A stretch of DNA of 64,000 nucleotides from Candidatus Omnitrophota bacterium (GTDB taxonomy: Bacteria; Omnitrophota; Omnitrophia; Omnitrophales; Aquincolibacteriaceae), in the NCBI GenBank assembly GCA_903884815.1, contig CAISGE010000062.1, forward strand, positions 17 to 64,016, written 5' to 3'. Positions within the stretch are counted from its first letter, which is position 1, and each line of letters opens with the position of its first letter. The position numbers were made by a program, and so were the translations under genes. Shown here one piece after another: positions 51,914 to 62,521 of this stretch. The notes beneath the pieces are model-generated. The model searched no databases. It was given only the letters and a program-made list of their open reading frames with translations, and was not told where the DNA came from.

Positions 51914-52981
51914 GTGAAGGCGGCTCCTGGAGTCATCAAGATCGACAGTCATGATCCGGATATGTCCCGCATCCGCGAGGTGGCGCACGCCTGTAAAAAG
52001 GGTAAGGTGGTGGTGTTTCCGACCGAAACGGTTTACGGGATCGGCGGATCAATGAGCGCGCCCCATATAGAGCAGCGGCTCCGGCAGATCAAGGGGCGTC
52101 CGGACGGCAAGCCTTTCGCGTATCATATCGGCGACTGGTCGATGATCGAGAAACTCCGGGTCAAAAAGACGCCGCTTGTCCGCGCGATGGCACGTCAATT
52201 TTGGCCGGGTCCTGTTACGCTTGTTGTGCCCGATCTTGACGGAAAAACGATAGGCATCCGGTTCCCGAAGAACAGGGTTGCGGTCGCGCTGATCCAGGAA
52301 GTTGGGGAGCCTTTTATCGCGACTAGCGCCAATCTAAGCGACAAGCCGTCGTCTCATACAGCGCATCAAGTGCTTGAGCAGTTGCAAGGTTCTTTTGAGC
52401 TTCTTCTGGACAGCGGCAAGACTGAGTTCATGCTCGACTCGACCGTAGTGAATGTGACAGGGGAAATGCCCGAAGTTCTCCGCAAAGGGGCGCAGGGTGT
52501 GGATGTGGAAAAAGCGGTTGCAAAGATCCGTGCCGGGAAATGCGCGAGAAAGCGCATCTTAATCGTCTGTACGGGGAATTCCTGCCGATCGCCGATGGCG
52601 GAAGGTTGGCTTCGACACGAGATCGAGAAAAAAGGATTATCCTCGGAGATCGAGGTTTCCTCCTGTGGTACCAGCGCGCGGGATGGTATCCCTTGCACGC
52701 CGGAAGCGGAGCTCGTGCTACGGAATCGCGAGATCGATCTGAGCCAGTTCCGGAGCCGGGTTTGCCGTAAGGGGGATCTTTGGGCCTCGGATCTGGTGAT
52801 CGCGATGGCGTCTCAGCACGCGGAAGCCGTCGCGAAGTTGTGGCCTTCTGTGAAGGATAAGACAATCACGCTTGACGTGGAAGATCCGATCGGAATGGGA
52901 ATGCAGGTTTATGAGAAGACTTTACTTGATATCGAGACCAAAATGAAACAGTCTATGCACCGGATCCTTCAACTGGACTAA
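51914..52981 (+). CDS. tsaC: TsaC/Sua5 threonylcarbamoyl-AMP synthase fused to LMW phosphatase (YwlE-like)
   Basis: PTETVYG, KGR, ATSANLS; VCTGNSCRSPMAE, EDPIG. Confidence 0.9.
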   Translation: MKAAPGVIKIDSHDPDMSRIREVAHACKKGKVVVFPTETVYGIGGSMSAPHIEQRLRQIKGRPDGKPFAYHIGDWSMIEKLRVKKTPLVRAMARQFWPGPVTLVVPDLDGKTIGIRFPKNRVAVALIQEVGEPFIATSANLSDKPSSHTAHQVLEQLQGSFELLLDSGKTEFMLDSTVVNVTGEMPEVLRKGAQGVDVEKAVAKIRAGKCARKRILIVCTGNSCRSPMAEGWLRHEIEKKGLSSEIEVSSCGTSARDGIPCTPEAELVLRNREIDLSQFRSRVCRKGDLWASDLVIAMASQHAEAVAKLWPSVKDKTITLDVEDPIGMGMQVYEKTLLDIETKMKQSMHRILQLD

Positions 52982-52998
52982 ATCCAAAGGCGGGTATT

Positions 52999-53454
52999 AT
53001 GATGAAACCCAAGATCGCCGTAGCGACCGATCATCGCGGCGTGCAGCTTAAGAGCGCTTTGATCGAATTTCTCAAGAACAAGAATTTTGACGTGGTCGAC
53101 TGCGGCGCTTTCACGGATGAGTCCTGCGATTATCCGGACTTCATCTTCGCGGCGGCGGAGAAAGTGGCGAACAAAGAGTGCCACAGGGCGATCGGGATCT
53201 GCTATACCGGGATCGGCAGCACGATCGCTGCGAACAAGGTCAAGGGGATCCGGGCGGCCCTTTGCTCCAATATCGAACAGGCCCGTCTTTCCCGCTGTCA
53301 CAATGATTCCAATATGCTGATCCTCGGCTCCGGTTTCCTGCCGCAGGATATTATTTTTCCGCTCGTCGATACCTGGCTCAATACACCATTTGAAAGGGGA
53401 CGTCATGAGGTCCGTGTTAACAAGATTAGGGCTTATGAAGAAAAGCATCATTGA
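52999..53454 (+). CDS. rpiB: Ribose 5-phosphate isomerase B
   Basis: [25 protein letters not shown]. Confidence 0.95.
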   Translation: MMKPKIAVATDHRGVQLKSALIEFLKNKNFDVVDCGAFTDESCDYPDFIFAAAEKVANKECHRAIGICYTGIGSTIAANKVKGIRAALCSNIEQARLSRCHNDSNMLILGSGFLPQDIIFPLVDTWLNTPFERGRHEVRVNKIRAYEEKHH

Positions 53455-54700
53455 TCAGACGAATCTGAAAAAGAGCGATCCGGAGATCTACGAAGCGATC
53501 CAAAAAGAGGTTCGCCGCCAGAATGAGAATATCGAGCTGATCGCGAGCGAGAACTTCACGTCGCTCGCCGTCCTCGAGGCGATGGGCTCGGTCCTGACGA
53601 ATAAGTATGCCGAGGGCTATCCTGGGAAGCGCTGGTACGGCGGCTGCGAGAATGTGGATGTGGTGGAGCAGCTCGCGATTGATCGCGCAAAACAGCTTTT
53701 TGGCGCGGAACACGCGAATGTCCAGCCGCACAGCGGGACTTCTGCTAACATCGCGGTATTCATGGCGGTGCTGGAACCGGGCGACAAGATCCTCGGTATG
53801 AATCTCACGCATGGCGGGCATCTTTCTCACGGACATCCAATGAACTATTCCGGGAAGCTGTACACGATCATCCCGTACGGCGTGAGTCCGAAGGATGAAC
53901 AGATCGATTACGATGCCTTAGAGGCGCTCGCCAAGGAACACAAACCCAAGATGATCCTTCTTGGGGCCTCGGCTTATCCCCGGATTATCGATTTTGCTCG
54001 CGGCCGGAAGATTGCCGACATGGTGGGGGCGATCCTGATGGTGGATATGGCCCATTTTGCGGGCCTTGTGGCAACGGGACATCACCCGAGTCCGATGCCT
54101 TATGCTGATATTGTGACGACGACGACGCACAAAACACTTCGCGGTCCTCGCGCCGGTCTGATCCTTTGCAAAGAGAAATACGCGAAAGCCATCGATTCCG
54201 CCGTGTTTCCGGGAATCCAGGGCGGTCCGCTCATGCACGTCATTGCGGCCAAGGCCGTCGCGTTCAAGGAAGCTCTGAGTCCGGAATTCAAGGAATACAG
54301 CGAACAGGTCGTGAAGAATTCGAAGGCTCTCGCGAAAGCGATGGCGTCGCGTGGCTTCCGGATCATCTCGGGGGGTACGGACAATCATCTGATGCTCGTG
54401 GATGTGACCGTGAAAGGATTTAACGGGAAGCAAGTCCAAGAGCTCCTCGACAAAGTCAAGATCACGGTCAATAAGAACATGATCCCGTTCGATAAGGAAT
54501 CGCCCTTTAAAGGTTCCGGGGTCCGGTTGGGTACACCGGCCGTGACGACGCGGGGGATGAAGGAAGCTGAAATGGAACTGATCGCGGAGCTAATCGAAAC
54601 AACGCTCAAGGCTCCCGACGACGAAGCGAATCTCGCGGCCGTTCGTTCACGGGTTGAAGCCCTGACCCAGAAGTTCCCGCTCTATCCGGAGCTCCAATAA
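53435..54700 (+). CDS. glyA: Serine hydroxymethyltransferase
   Basis: [25 protein letters not shown]. Confidence 0.98.
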   Translation: MKKSIIDQTNLKKSDPEIYEAIQKEVRRQNENIELIASENFTSLAVLEAMGSVLTNKYAEGYPGKRWYGGCENVDVVEQLAIDRAKQLFGAEHANVQPHSGTSANIAVFMAVLEPGDKILGMNLTHGGHLSHGHPMNYSGKLYTIIPYGVSPKDEQIDYDALEALAKEHKPKMILLGASAYPRIIDFARGRKIADMVGAILMVDMAHFAGLVATGHHPSPMPYADIVTTTTHKTLRGPRAGLILCKEKYAKAIDSAVFPGIQGGPLMHVIAAKAVAFKEALSPEFKEYSEQVVKNSKALAKAMASRGFRIISGGTDNHLMLVDVTVKGFNGKQVQELLDKVKITVNKNMIPFDKESPFKGSGVRLGTPAVTTRGMKEAEMELIAELIETTLKAPDDEANLAAVRSRVEALTQKFPLYPELQ

Positions 54701-54715
54701 AAGAAAAGAGACTGA

Positions 54716-55174
54716 ATGCGTTGTCCCTTCTGTAAACAGGATTCTGATAAGGTGATCGATTCGCGCGCGGCGAATGAAGGGGAAGTGGTTCGCCGGCGGC
54801 GCGAGTGCACCGCCTGCACGAAGCGCTTCACGACTTACGAGCGGGTCGAAGAGATTCCGATGTTCGTGGTCAAGAAGGACCAGCGCCGCGAAGCGTATGA
54901 ACGCGGGAAGGTTCTCGCCGGGGTTTACAAGGCCTGCGAGAAGCGCCCCGTGCCGCTTGCGGCTCAGGATAAGATCGCCGATGATCTCGAGACCACGATC
55001 CGCGAAAAATATGACCGGGAAGTTCCGTCGCGGATCATCGGGGAGTTTATCATGCAGAAGCTCGCGAAGATCGATCAGGTGGCGTACGTTCGATTCGCGA
55101 GCGTCTACCGCGATTTTCAAGATGTAAGTCACTTTATGAAAGAACTGAAGTTTCTTCTCGCGAAGCCGAAATAG
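54716..55174 (+). CDS. nrdR: Transcriptional repressor NrdR
   Basis: CPFC, RRRREC, RFTTYE, AYVRFASVY. Confidence 0.97.
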   Translation: MRCPFCKQDSDKVIDSRAANEGEVVRRRRECTACTKRFTTYERVEEIPMFVVKKDQRREAYERGKVLAGVYKACEKRPVPLAAQDKIADDLETTIREKYDREVPSRIIGEFIMQKLAKIDQVAYVRFASVYRDFQDVSHFMKELKFLLAKPK

Positions 55175-55308
55175 TCCTCTAAATATCATCGCAAAAGCTT
55201 TATTGTCGTCTTCGGAATTGTATTGTAGGATACAACCAGTAAAGCCGTGGCAGCGAGTTCGGGTGACCGGACACGAGATCCCGGTTTAAACCAAAAGGAG
55301 AAAGCATT

Positions 55309-55563
55309 ATGGCGAAAGCAAATTCAGCGTTCATGAAACCGATGAATATTAGCGCCGAGCTCGAAGTCGTGGTCGGTAAAGGTCCCATTCCGCGCAGTGA
55401 AGTCGTCAAGAAGCTTTGGGTCTACATCAAAAAGAATAATCTCCAAGATGATAAGAATAAGCGTAACATCAACGCGGATGACGCGCTCAAAGTTGTGTTT
55501 GGTGGCAAGTCTGTCGTCAACATGTTCGAGATGACCAAGCTCGTCAGCAAGCATCTCTCTTAG
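55309..55563 (+). CDS. Stand-alone SWIB/MDM2 domain protein
   Basis: RSEVVKKLWVYIKKNNLQD, MFEMTK. Confidence 0.92.
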   Translation: MAKANSAFMKPMNISAELEVVVGKGPIPRSEVVKKLWVYIKKNNLQDDKNKRNINADDALKVVFGGKSVVNMFEMTKLVSKHLS

Positions 55564-55634
55564 TTCTCGTTCGTTTTTAATTGCTCTGGCCGGCGCCTAA
55601 AGGGCAACGGTGGGTGTTAGAAAGTGTTGGGTGA

Positions 55635-55668
55635 CTGGGGAGGATCCGGATAACCGGGTCCTTCCCAG
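55635..55668 (+). other. Strong intergenic hairpin
   Basis: ctggggaggatccgg-ataa-ccgggtccttcccag. Confidence 0.5.
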
Positions 55669-55723
55669 CTTCAAGTCAGAATTTTCTAATAATCAAAAAA
55701 ATGAAATAGGAAGAGAGTCCTTT

Positions 55724-56662
55724 ATGGGTTCCAAATTGGGTATTATTTTTGCTTTTTTGCTTTCTCTTGCCGCAGCGGGCGGTTCTTATTATTTATATCA
55801 GGGATGGGTCGAAGAGCGCACCGTTCGCGGAAGTACCGAGGCCAAGTTGGACCAGGTGCAGGAAAAAATGAGCACCGTGCTGTCCGAAAAAGAACAGCTT
55901 GAAGCCAAGAGTGAGGAATATCGGAACAAGGCCGAAGCTATGCAGTCTCAGCTACAAAAACTCCAGGCTGAGCAGAGCCGCATGGATAACGAGAAAGCCG
56001 CTCTCAAAAAGCAGATGGAAGGGCATCAGGGGATGATCGCGGAGCTCCAGAAGAAGGTGAGCGAGCTTGAGAAAAAGGCCAAAGACGCTCAGGCCGCTTG
56101 CGGTGTAACTCCCGCGGATCTCAAAACGGACCCCTTTGCTGCCGCGGCGCCTCAGCCCTTCGAAACTTCGTCTACCGCGCCTGTCGCGACCTCGGTCCCG
56201 GCCGGATCCGAGACGGTATCGTCAGCGCTCGTCTTTAAGCCGACAACTGCATCGGGAGCTGCGGCGGCAAAGACTTCCACAAAGACACCTACGCCTTCGC
56301 TTCTTCCTGCTGTGATACCAACAGCTCCGGCCGCGTCGTCGGTCGTTACTGCCGTCAAAGAAACTCCTACGGCCGCGGTGCCTGCCCCGGTAAGCACGCA
56401 ACCGGTCCAGGTCGTTTCTCCTTCTGCGGGCGCTGCCGTTTCCAAAGTGCTTACCGTGAACCGCAAGTTCAATTTTGTGGTGATCAATCAGGGCTTGCAG
56501 GACGGACTTAAGATGGGAGACAAGCTGAGAGTCCTGAAACAGGGACAGGAAGTTGCCACCCTCCAGGTTGAGAAGCTTTACGACAAGTTTTCCGCAGCCA
56601 CGCTGCTGGAAGAAAATCCAAAACAGCAAGTGGTTGAAGGCGATGAAATCCGCAAGATCTAA
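55724..56662 (+). CDS. Membrane-anchored coiled-coil protein with P/A/T linker and FlgT-C-like beta domain
   Basis: N-terminal TM; FVVINQGLQDGLKMGD at the C-terminus. Confidence 0.7.
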   Translation: MGSKLGIIFAFLLSLAAAGGSYYLYQGWVEERTVRGSTEAKLDQVQEKMSTVLSEKEQLEAKSEEYRNKAEAMQSQLQKLQAEQSRMDNEKAALKKQMEGHQGMIAELQKKVSELEKKAKDAQAACGVTPADLKTDPFAAAAPQPFETSSTAPVATSVPAGSETVSSALVFKPTTASGAAAAKTSTKTPTPSLLPAVIPTAPAASSVVTAVKETPTAAVPAPVSTQPVQVVSPSAGAAVSKVLTVNRKFNFVVINQGLQDGLKMGDKLRVLKQGQEVATLQVEKLYDKFSAATLLEENPKQQVVEGDEIRKI

Positions 56663-56879
56663 GCTGTTTTTATTTTCTTTCCTTTTGTTGGGGACCCTTG
56701 TTGCTTCTCAGGTTTGCCAAGCCGAGGAAGGGGCTTCAACGGCGCCGTGTTCCCGCGAGCTCGAAGGGATCAAGAGCCAGCTCGCAGCGCTTGACCAGCA
56801 GGAGAAACAAATCCTCGCCAACCAGCAGGAAACTTTTCAAAGATTGGATCAGCTGCGTATTTGGGTCCACCGGAAATAA
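56643..56879 (+). CDS. Small secreted hypothetical protein
   Basis: Signal peptide plus short coiled coil. Confidence 0.6.
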   Translation: MKSARSKLFLFSFLLLGTLVASQVCQAEEGASTAPCSRELEGIKSQLAALDQQEKQILANQQETFQRLDQLRIWVHRK

Positions 56880-56889
56880 CTTTTTTCAA

Positions 56890-58182
56890 ATGAACCCTCT
56901 TTCCTTTACCGGGCCTGCTCAATTTCACGGGACTTACGCACCTCCCGGCGACAAATCCATATCCCATCGTGCCATCCTTTTCGGCGCTTTGTCTGAGGGA
57001 GAGAGTGTCTATGAGAATTTTCTGGAGGCCGAGGACTGTCTCCATACCCTCGAAGCGATGCGGCAGATGGGGGTGGGGATCGTTCATGAAAAGGGAACCG
57101 GCAAGGTCGTGATCTCGGGCAAGGGGCTTCATGGTCTTGGCGCGCCCGGCAAGTCACTTTACTTAGGAAACTCCGGAACTTCCATGAGGCTTCTCATGGG
57201 GATCCTCGCGGGCCAGCGTTTTGAGACGGTGCTGACTGGAGATCCTTCGCTCTCGGGACGCCCCATGCGTCGCGTGACCGACCCTCTGAAGCAGATGGGA
57301 GCTCAGATCAAGGGTAAGGAGAACGGAAATTTCGCACCCCTCACGATCCGGGGAGGGAAACTCCGCGGGATCGATTTTGACAATAAACTTTCAAGCGCCC
57401 AGGTCAAATCCGCGCTTCTTTTTGCGGGCATGTACGCGGAAGGTCGGACGCTCGTGCGTGAAACTATTCCTTCGCGTGATCACACGGAACGTTTTCTTGA
57501 AGCGTCGGGGGCCCATTTTCAAAAAGTGGGAGGTCACCTGATCGTTGAAAAAACGGAAATGCTTTTGCCGCTGCACGCGCGCGTCCCGGGCGACATTTCT
57601 TCCGCGGCCTTTTTTATCGTGGGCGCCGCGATGATCCCCGGATCAGAAATCACCATTCAAGATGTCGGACTCAATACCACGCGCACGGGACTTCTTGAAG
57701 TTTTGAAGCGCATGGGAGCGACGATCGAAATCGAGATCACGCAGACGATCCCGGAGCCGATGGGAAATATTCATGTCCGGGGCGCAAGACTCCAGGGCAC
57801 AGGGATCACGCACGAGGAAATCCCATCCCTCATTGATGAATTGCCGGTTCTGATGGTCGCGATGGCGCTTGCGGAAGGCGAAAGTCTAATCTCCGGAGCG
57901 GCGGAGTTGCGCGTTAAAGAGACCGATCGCATTCAATCGATGGTCCGGAATCTTAAAGCTATCGGTGCTTCGATCGAGGAGTTGCCGGATGGTTCCCTCA
58001 TTCGCGGTGTGGAAGCTTTCCACAGCGCGACAGTGGAAAGCTTCGGGGATCACCGGACTGCGATGAGCATGGCCGTGGCGAGCCTTGCCACGAAGGGAAC
58101 GATCACGGTCACGGATACGGCCTGTATAGCGACATCCTACCCGACTTTCACGGAGCATTTTCTGCGTTTAATCCTGAATTAA
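56890..58182 (+). CDS. aroA: EPSP synthase (class II)
   Basis: PGDKSISHR, GNSGT, SAQVKS, RDHTE, RVKETDR, DHR. Confidence 0.97.
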   Translation: MNPLSFTGPAQFHGTYAPPGDKSISHRAILFGALSEGESVYENFLEAEDCLHTLEAMRQMGVGIVHEKGTGKVVISGKGLHGLGAPGKSLYLGNSGTSMRLLMGILAGQRFETVLTGDPSLSGRPMRRVTDPLKQMGAQIKGKENGNFAPLTIRGGKLRGIDFDNKLSSAQVKSALLFAGMYAEGRTLVRETIPSRDHTERFLEASGAHFQKVGGHLIVEKTEMLLPLHARVPGDISSAAFFIVGAAMIPGSEITIQDVGLNTTRTGLLEVLKRMGATIEIEITQTIPEPMGNIHVRGARLQGTGITHEEIPSLIDELPVLMVAMALAEGESLISGAAELRVKETDRIQSMVRNLKAIGASIEELPDGSLIRGVEAFHSATVESFGDHRTAMSMAVASLATKGTITVTDTACIATSYPTFTEHFLRLILN

Positions 58183-58201
58183 AATGCGGGGTTGTTTTGG
58201 T

Positions 58202-58230
58202 TTGACACTGAAAAAGGCTTTCGCTATACT
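58202..58230 (+). promoter_or_regulatory. sigma70 promoter of mre operon
   Basis: TTGACA-17nt-TATACT. Confidence 0.8.
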
Positions 58231-58280
58231 ACGGCCTCTTAAACATAACCCCACGCAACAGATACGAAAAGGTAAAGCCC

Positions 58281-59333
58281 ATGTTCTTGATCGATAAATT
58301 GTTAGGTTTTTTCTCAAGTGATATTGGTATCGATTTGGGCACCGCCAACACTCTCGTTTATGTCAAAGGCCAGGGCGTCGTTCTGTGTGAACCTTCTGTG
58401 GTTGCGATAGATCGCACGACCCATCAAGTTCTCGCCGTCGGCGAAGAAGCCAAGCGCATGCTCGGCCGCACGCCGGGAAACATCACCGCCATTCGTCCTA
58501 TGAAAGACGGCGTTATTGCCGATTTTGATATCACCGAAGCCATGCTCCGCTATTTCATCCGCAAGGTCCACCGTCGGAAAACCGGTATCAGCCCGCGCGT
58601 CGTGATCGCGGTACCGAGCGGGATTACGGAAGTTGAGAAGCGTGCCGTGAAAGATTCCGCCGAACGGGCCGGAGCGCGTACCCCGGTCTATCTTGTGGAA
58701 GAGCCCATTGCCGCGGCGATCGGTGTTGGCCTTCCGATCCATGAACCCGCCGGCAATATGATCATTGATATCGGCGGCGGAACGACCGAGATCGCCGTGA
58801 TCTCCCTTTCCGGTATTGTTTTCGCGAAGAGCATCCGCATCGGCGGCGACGAGTTCGATGAGTCGATCATGTCGCATCTGAAAAAAGCCTACAATTTGAT
58901 GATCGGGGAGCGCACCGCCGAAGAGATCAAGATCCGCATCGGTTCCGCGTATCCGCTCGAGGAAGAGACGACACTCGACGTGAAGGGGCGCGATGTCCTC
59001 GCCGGCTTGCCGAAGACCATCAGCGTGACCAGTGAAGAGATCCGTGAAGCTCTTTCCGAACCGCTCTCTGCGATCCTTGAAGCCGTCCGTATCGCGCTGG
59101 AAAGAACACCGCCGGAATTATCTGCCGATCTGATCGATCGCGGTTTGATCTTAGCAGGAGGGGGATCGCTTCTACGGGGATTTGACAAGCTGGTCAGCGA
59201 AGAGACCGGGCTTCCTGTTCATATCGCGGATGATCCTCTCACCGCCGTGGCGCTTGGTACGGGACGTTATTTGAGCGATTTCCACCTTCTGAAGCGTTTG
59301 TCGGTGAACAGCAATACCGCCCGGGAATATTAG
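58281..59333 (+). CDS. mreB: Rod shape-determining protein MreB
   Basis: [22 protein letters not shown]. Confidence 0.98.
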   Translation: MFLIDKLLGFFSSDIGIDLGTANTLVYVKGQGVVLCEPSVVAIDRTTHQVLAVGEEAKRMLGRTPGNITAIRPMKDGVIADFDITEAMLRYFIRKVHRRKTGISPRVVIAVPSGITEVEKRAVKDSAERAGARTPVYLVEEPIAAAIGVGLPIHEPAGNMIIDIGGGTTEIAVISLSGIVFAKSIRIGGDEFDESIMSHLKKAYNLMIGERTAEEIKIRIGSAYPLEEETTLDVKGRDVLAGLPKTISVTSEEIREALSEPLSAILEAVRIALERTPPELSADLIDRGLILAGGGSLLRGFDKLVSEETGLPVHIADDPLTAVALGTGRYLSDFHLLKRLSVNSNTAREY

Positions 59334-59385
59334 CGCACCTATAGTTTGATTTTTTTTATCTCCTCTCCGGTTCTGTTATTCCCGC

Positions 59386-59433
59386 GCCACCGCCTGCGAA
59401 GCGGCGGGGTCCCGCCGGAGTGCAGGCGGGAAA
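59386..59433. repeat. REP-like double-hairpin repeat, copy 2
   Basis: Identical 31-bp core with 44210-44240. Confidence 0.85.
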
Positions 59434-59508
59434 AGCGGCCTCCTGGCGTTTGAAGCAGTTTTCTTTTCAGGGTCTTTTTATTTATCGCTTATCGGAGATC
59501 GTGCCCCC

Positions 59509-60309
59509 ATGCGGCGCTGGCGTTCGTATTATTTTCTTGTGGTCCCTGTCGGCCTGCTCATCTTGTTCTTCCAATACCCCCGATTGAATCAAACCGTCCA
59601 TTCTATTTGTTCGACGATCGCCAAACCCGCGCAGGCGGCCGGAAGCGGCGTGCGTGAAGGCTTTTACGCGCTTCGCTATCAGTCCGGCAATTTCCTCGAC
59701 GCGGTCAGAAAGCAAAAAGAATATCTCGATCGCATTCAGGACCTCGAGACCCAGTTGCTCCATTTTCATGAAATGGAGCGCGAGAATCAGCGGCTGAGGA
59801 GGCTTCTTAGCTTCAGTACACCCGCTGCGGAGCGTACCATCGGGGCTCGTGTGATCGGGCAGGATGGAACGCCCTGGAAAAAAGTCCTTGAACTGGACAA
59901 GGGGAGCCGCCAAGGCATCAAGAAGGACATGGTCGTTCTTGCCCCCGAAGGTTTGGCGGGAAGGATCCTGGAAGTGGATCCGTCGACTTCGAGCGCGATC
60001 CTTCTGGTGGATGCCGATTGCCGGGTGAGCGCCCTGACCGCCACAAGTCGCGCGCAAGGCGTGATCACAGGGATCGGGACCGATAAACTGCAGATGAAAT
60101 ATCTCGCTCTCGACGCGGAGATCGCGATCGGAGAGGATGTCACCACCTCGGGTATCGGAAGTATTTTCCCCAAGGGTATCCAGATCGGGAAGATCGAATC
60201 CATTGAGCGCGACACGGACGGCCTGCATCTTCTCGCCCTCGTCAATCCCGCGGTGCCGTTTTCCAAGCTTGAGGAAGTGCTATGCCTCGTCTCCTCTCCG
60301 CAAAAGTAA
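59509..60309 (+). CDS. mreC: MreC
   Basis: ENQRLRRLL, DKG, TSG..SIFPKGI.IG. Confidence 0.93.
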   Translation: MRRWRSYYFLVVPVGLLILFFQYPRLNQTVHSICSTIAKPAQAAGSGVREGFYALRYQSGNFLDAVRKQKEYLDRIQDLETQLLHFHEMERENQRLRRLLSFSTPAAERTIGARVIGQDGTPWKKVLELDKGSRQGIKKDMVVLAPEGLAGRILEVDPSTSSAILLVDADCRVSALTATSRAQGVITGIGTDKLQMKYLALDAEIAIGEDVTTSGIGSIFPKGIQIGKIESIERDTDGLHLLALVNPAVPFSKLEEVLCLVSSPQK

Positions 60310-60797
60310 TCTTTTTTTTCCTTCTTCTTGCGGTCCTGGACGGGACTGTCATGCCGGTCTTTCAGATCTGGGGTGTGTATCCAAGCTTCCTCTGTCTTTT
60401 TATCTGCTACGCCGCTTTTGAGTGGGGCGGGCACAAGACCGTCTATGTCGCTTTTTGGGCCGGACTTTTACGCGATTTTCAGGGGCATGGATTGATCGGG
60501 CTTGAGGCGGGTCTTCTCGCCGCCTTGGCGCTCGCGCTTGATTTTCTGGTGCGGAAAATGGAGCGTGGATCAAGATGGATCTATTTTGTCATTACCTTCC
60601 TTTTTGTTTTTTTCGCGGGGGCTCTGAGACTCTTGGCGGGGTATACGGGGGAGCTTCCCGTGTCTATGGCATGGGAATATCTGGGACTCGTTACGATGAC
60701 GGCCCTTTATACGACAGCTTTTCTTCCACTCTTATATTTCGTGAGCAATCGATGGTTTGGTCACTCTTCCGCAAAACAATATGAGCTTTTTCCGTAA
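60282..60797 (+). CDS. mreD: MreD
   Basis: Multi-TM, GLLRD, between mreC and PBP2. Confidence 0.8.
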   Translation: MPRLLSAKVIFFFLLLAVLDGTVMPVFQIWGVYPSFLCLFICYAAFEWGGHKTVYVAFWAGLLRDFQGHGLIGLEAGLLAALALALDFLVRKMERGSRWIYFVITFLFVFFAGALRLLAGYTGELPVSMAWEYLGLVTMTALYTTAFLPLLYFVSNRWFGHSSAKQYELFP

Positions 60798-62521
60798 TGT
60801 TCACTCGTTTCCATTTTTTTCAGGTTTTTGTTTTTGTTCTCTTAACCCTTTTGGGTCTGGGGCTTTTTCAAACCCAGGTGGTACGCGGACACTATTATTA
60901 TGAGTTGAGCAAGCGTAACCGCGTTCGCCTCATCCCGCTGGAAGCCCCGCGCGGACGCGTGTTCGACCGCAAGGACCGTCTGCTTGCCACGAATCGTGCT
61001 TCCTACAATGTGATCGCGATCCCGGAGGACGTATTTCCCGAGGTCTATCCGAGGCTCGCGAAATTGCTCGAGATGCCTGTCAGCGAGATCCGCCGTCGCA
61101 TGAGCGCCGGCCGGGAGTACCCCTTCGCGCCGGCGGTGATCAAAGAAGATGTGGATCAGGAGGTCGCGTTCCGGATCGAAGAGCGTAAGCCCGAGCTTCC
61201 CGGTGTGAGCATCCGGGTGGACGGCATTCGCTATTATCCTTACGGAGAAACCGCGTCGCATGTGATCGGTTACATCGGAGCGGTCGGGCAGGACGAATAT
61301 GCCGGGCTCGACCACGACCGTTTCGGGATGGATTCGAAGATCGGACGCGCCGGGATCGAAAAGGTCTTTGACGAATCTCTTCGCGGATGGCGCGGCGGTG
61401 AACAGATCGAGGTGGACGCGCGCGGCCAAAAAGTGCAGGTGCTTTCTGACCGCAAACCCGAGCCCGGCGCGGATATCAAGTTGACGCTTGATCTTGAATT
61501 CCAAAAAAGGATCATGGAGATGATCAAGGGGCTTCACGCCAGCGTCGCGGTGCTGGACCTTGAGACCGACGGGTTGCTCGCTTTAGCGAGCGCGCCGGCC
61601 TATGATCCGAACATCTTTGTTTCACCGTCCGCCAGCGGTCAGCGTCTCCAGGTTCTCAAGGATGAGAATGCCCCGATGCTTGACCGCGGGATCAATGCGG
61701 CTTATCCTCCCGGTTCAATCTTCAAGCTCGTGACCGCTCTTGCGGGACTCGATCTCGGAAGGATCACGCCTCAGACAAGGTTCAATTGTACCGGTTCTTT
61801 TCAGTTAGGTCCGAAGTCAAAGCCCGCGCATTGCTGGAATCATGAAGGCCATGGAAGTTTGAATCTTTATGAGGCCCTCGAGCGCTCCTGTAATATCTAT
61901 TTTTTTAACGTGGCAAAACGGCTATCCCCGGATGAGATCGCCCATTATGCGCACGAGCTCGGTCTCGGGGAACCCCTGAAGCTCGAGATCTCCCGGATCG
62001 CGCCCGGCCTGATCCCGGACTCGGCATGGAAGCGGGAACGTTTCAACCAGCCCTGGTATCAGGGGGAGACCCTCAATATGGCGATCGGGCAGGGCTATAT
62101 GCTTGTGACGCCGTTTGAGATTCTGCGTCTCACCTCGATCATCGCGAAGAACGGAAGAGTCGTGGAGCCGCATCTTATCGTTCAGGATCGTTCCTTGATG
62201 ATGGAACCTCCTCGCGTGGCGATCCGGGAGGAAAATCTTGAGGTGATCAGGCGGGCGATGCTGCAGGTCGTGGAATCGGACTACGGCACGGGACAGTTGG
62301 CGCGCGTGGATTTTGAAAAGCTTGCGGGCAAGACAGGGACCGCCCAGGCACCGCCCCTTCAGGCGCACAGTTGGATGACCGGATTTTTTCCCTATAAGGA
62401 TCCCAAACTCGCATTTGTCGTGTTCGTGGAGCACGGGGGTTCCGGGGGGATCACAAGCGCTCGTCTTGTGAAACAGATTCTCGAAACGTGGAGGGATCTC
62501 AATGCTGCGCCGGTTGCTTAA
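60797..62521 (+). CDS. mrdA: Penicillin-binding protein 2
   Basis: APRG..DR, PPGSIFK, SCN, KTGTAQ. Confidence 0.95.
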   Translation: MFTRFHFFQVFVFVLLTLLGLGLFQTQVVRGHYYYELSKRNRVRLIPLEAPRGRVFDRKDRLLATNRASYNVIAIPEDVFPEVYPRLAKLLEMPVSEIRRRMSAGREYPFAPAVIKEDVDQEVAFRIEERKPELPGVSIRVDGIRYYPYGETASHVIGYIGAVGQDEYAGLDHDRFGMDSKIGRAGIEKVFDESLRGWRGGEQIEVDARGQKVQVLSDRKPEPGADIKLTLDLEFQKRIMEMIKGLHASVAVLDLETDGLLALASAPAYDPNIFVSPSASGQRLQVLKDENAPMLDRGINAAYPPGSIFKLVTALAGLDLGRITPQTRFNCTGSFQLGPKSKPAHCWNHEGHGSLNLYEALERSCNIYFFNVAKRLSPDEIAHYAHELGLGEPLKLEISRIAPGLIPDSAWKRERFNQPWYQGETLNMAIGQGYMLVTPFEILRLTSIIAKNGRVVEPHLIVQDRSLMMEPPRVAIREENLEVIRRAMLQVVESDYGTGQLARVDFEKLAGKTGTAQAPPLQAHSWMTGFFPYKDPKLAFVVFVEHGGSGGITSARLVKQILETWRDLNAAPVA

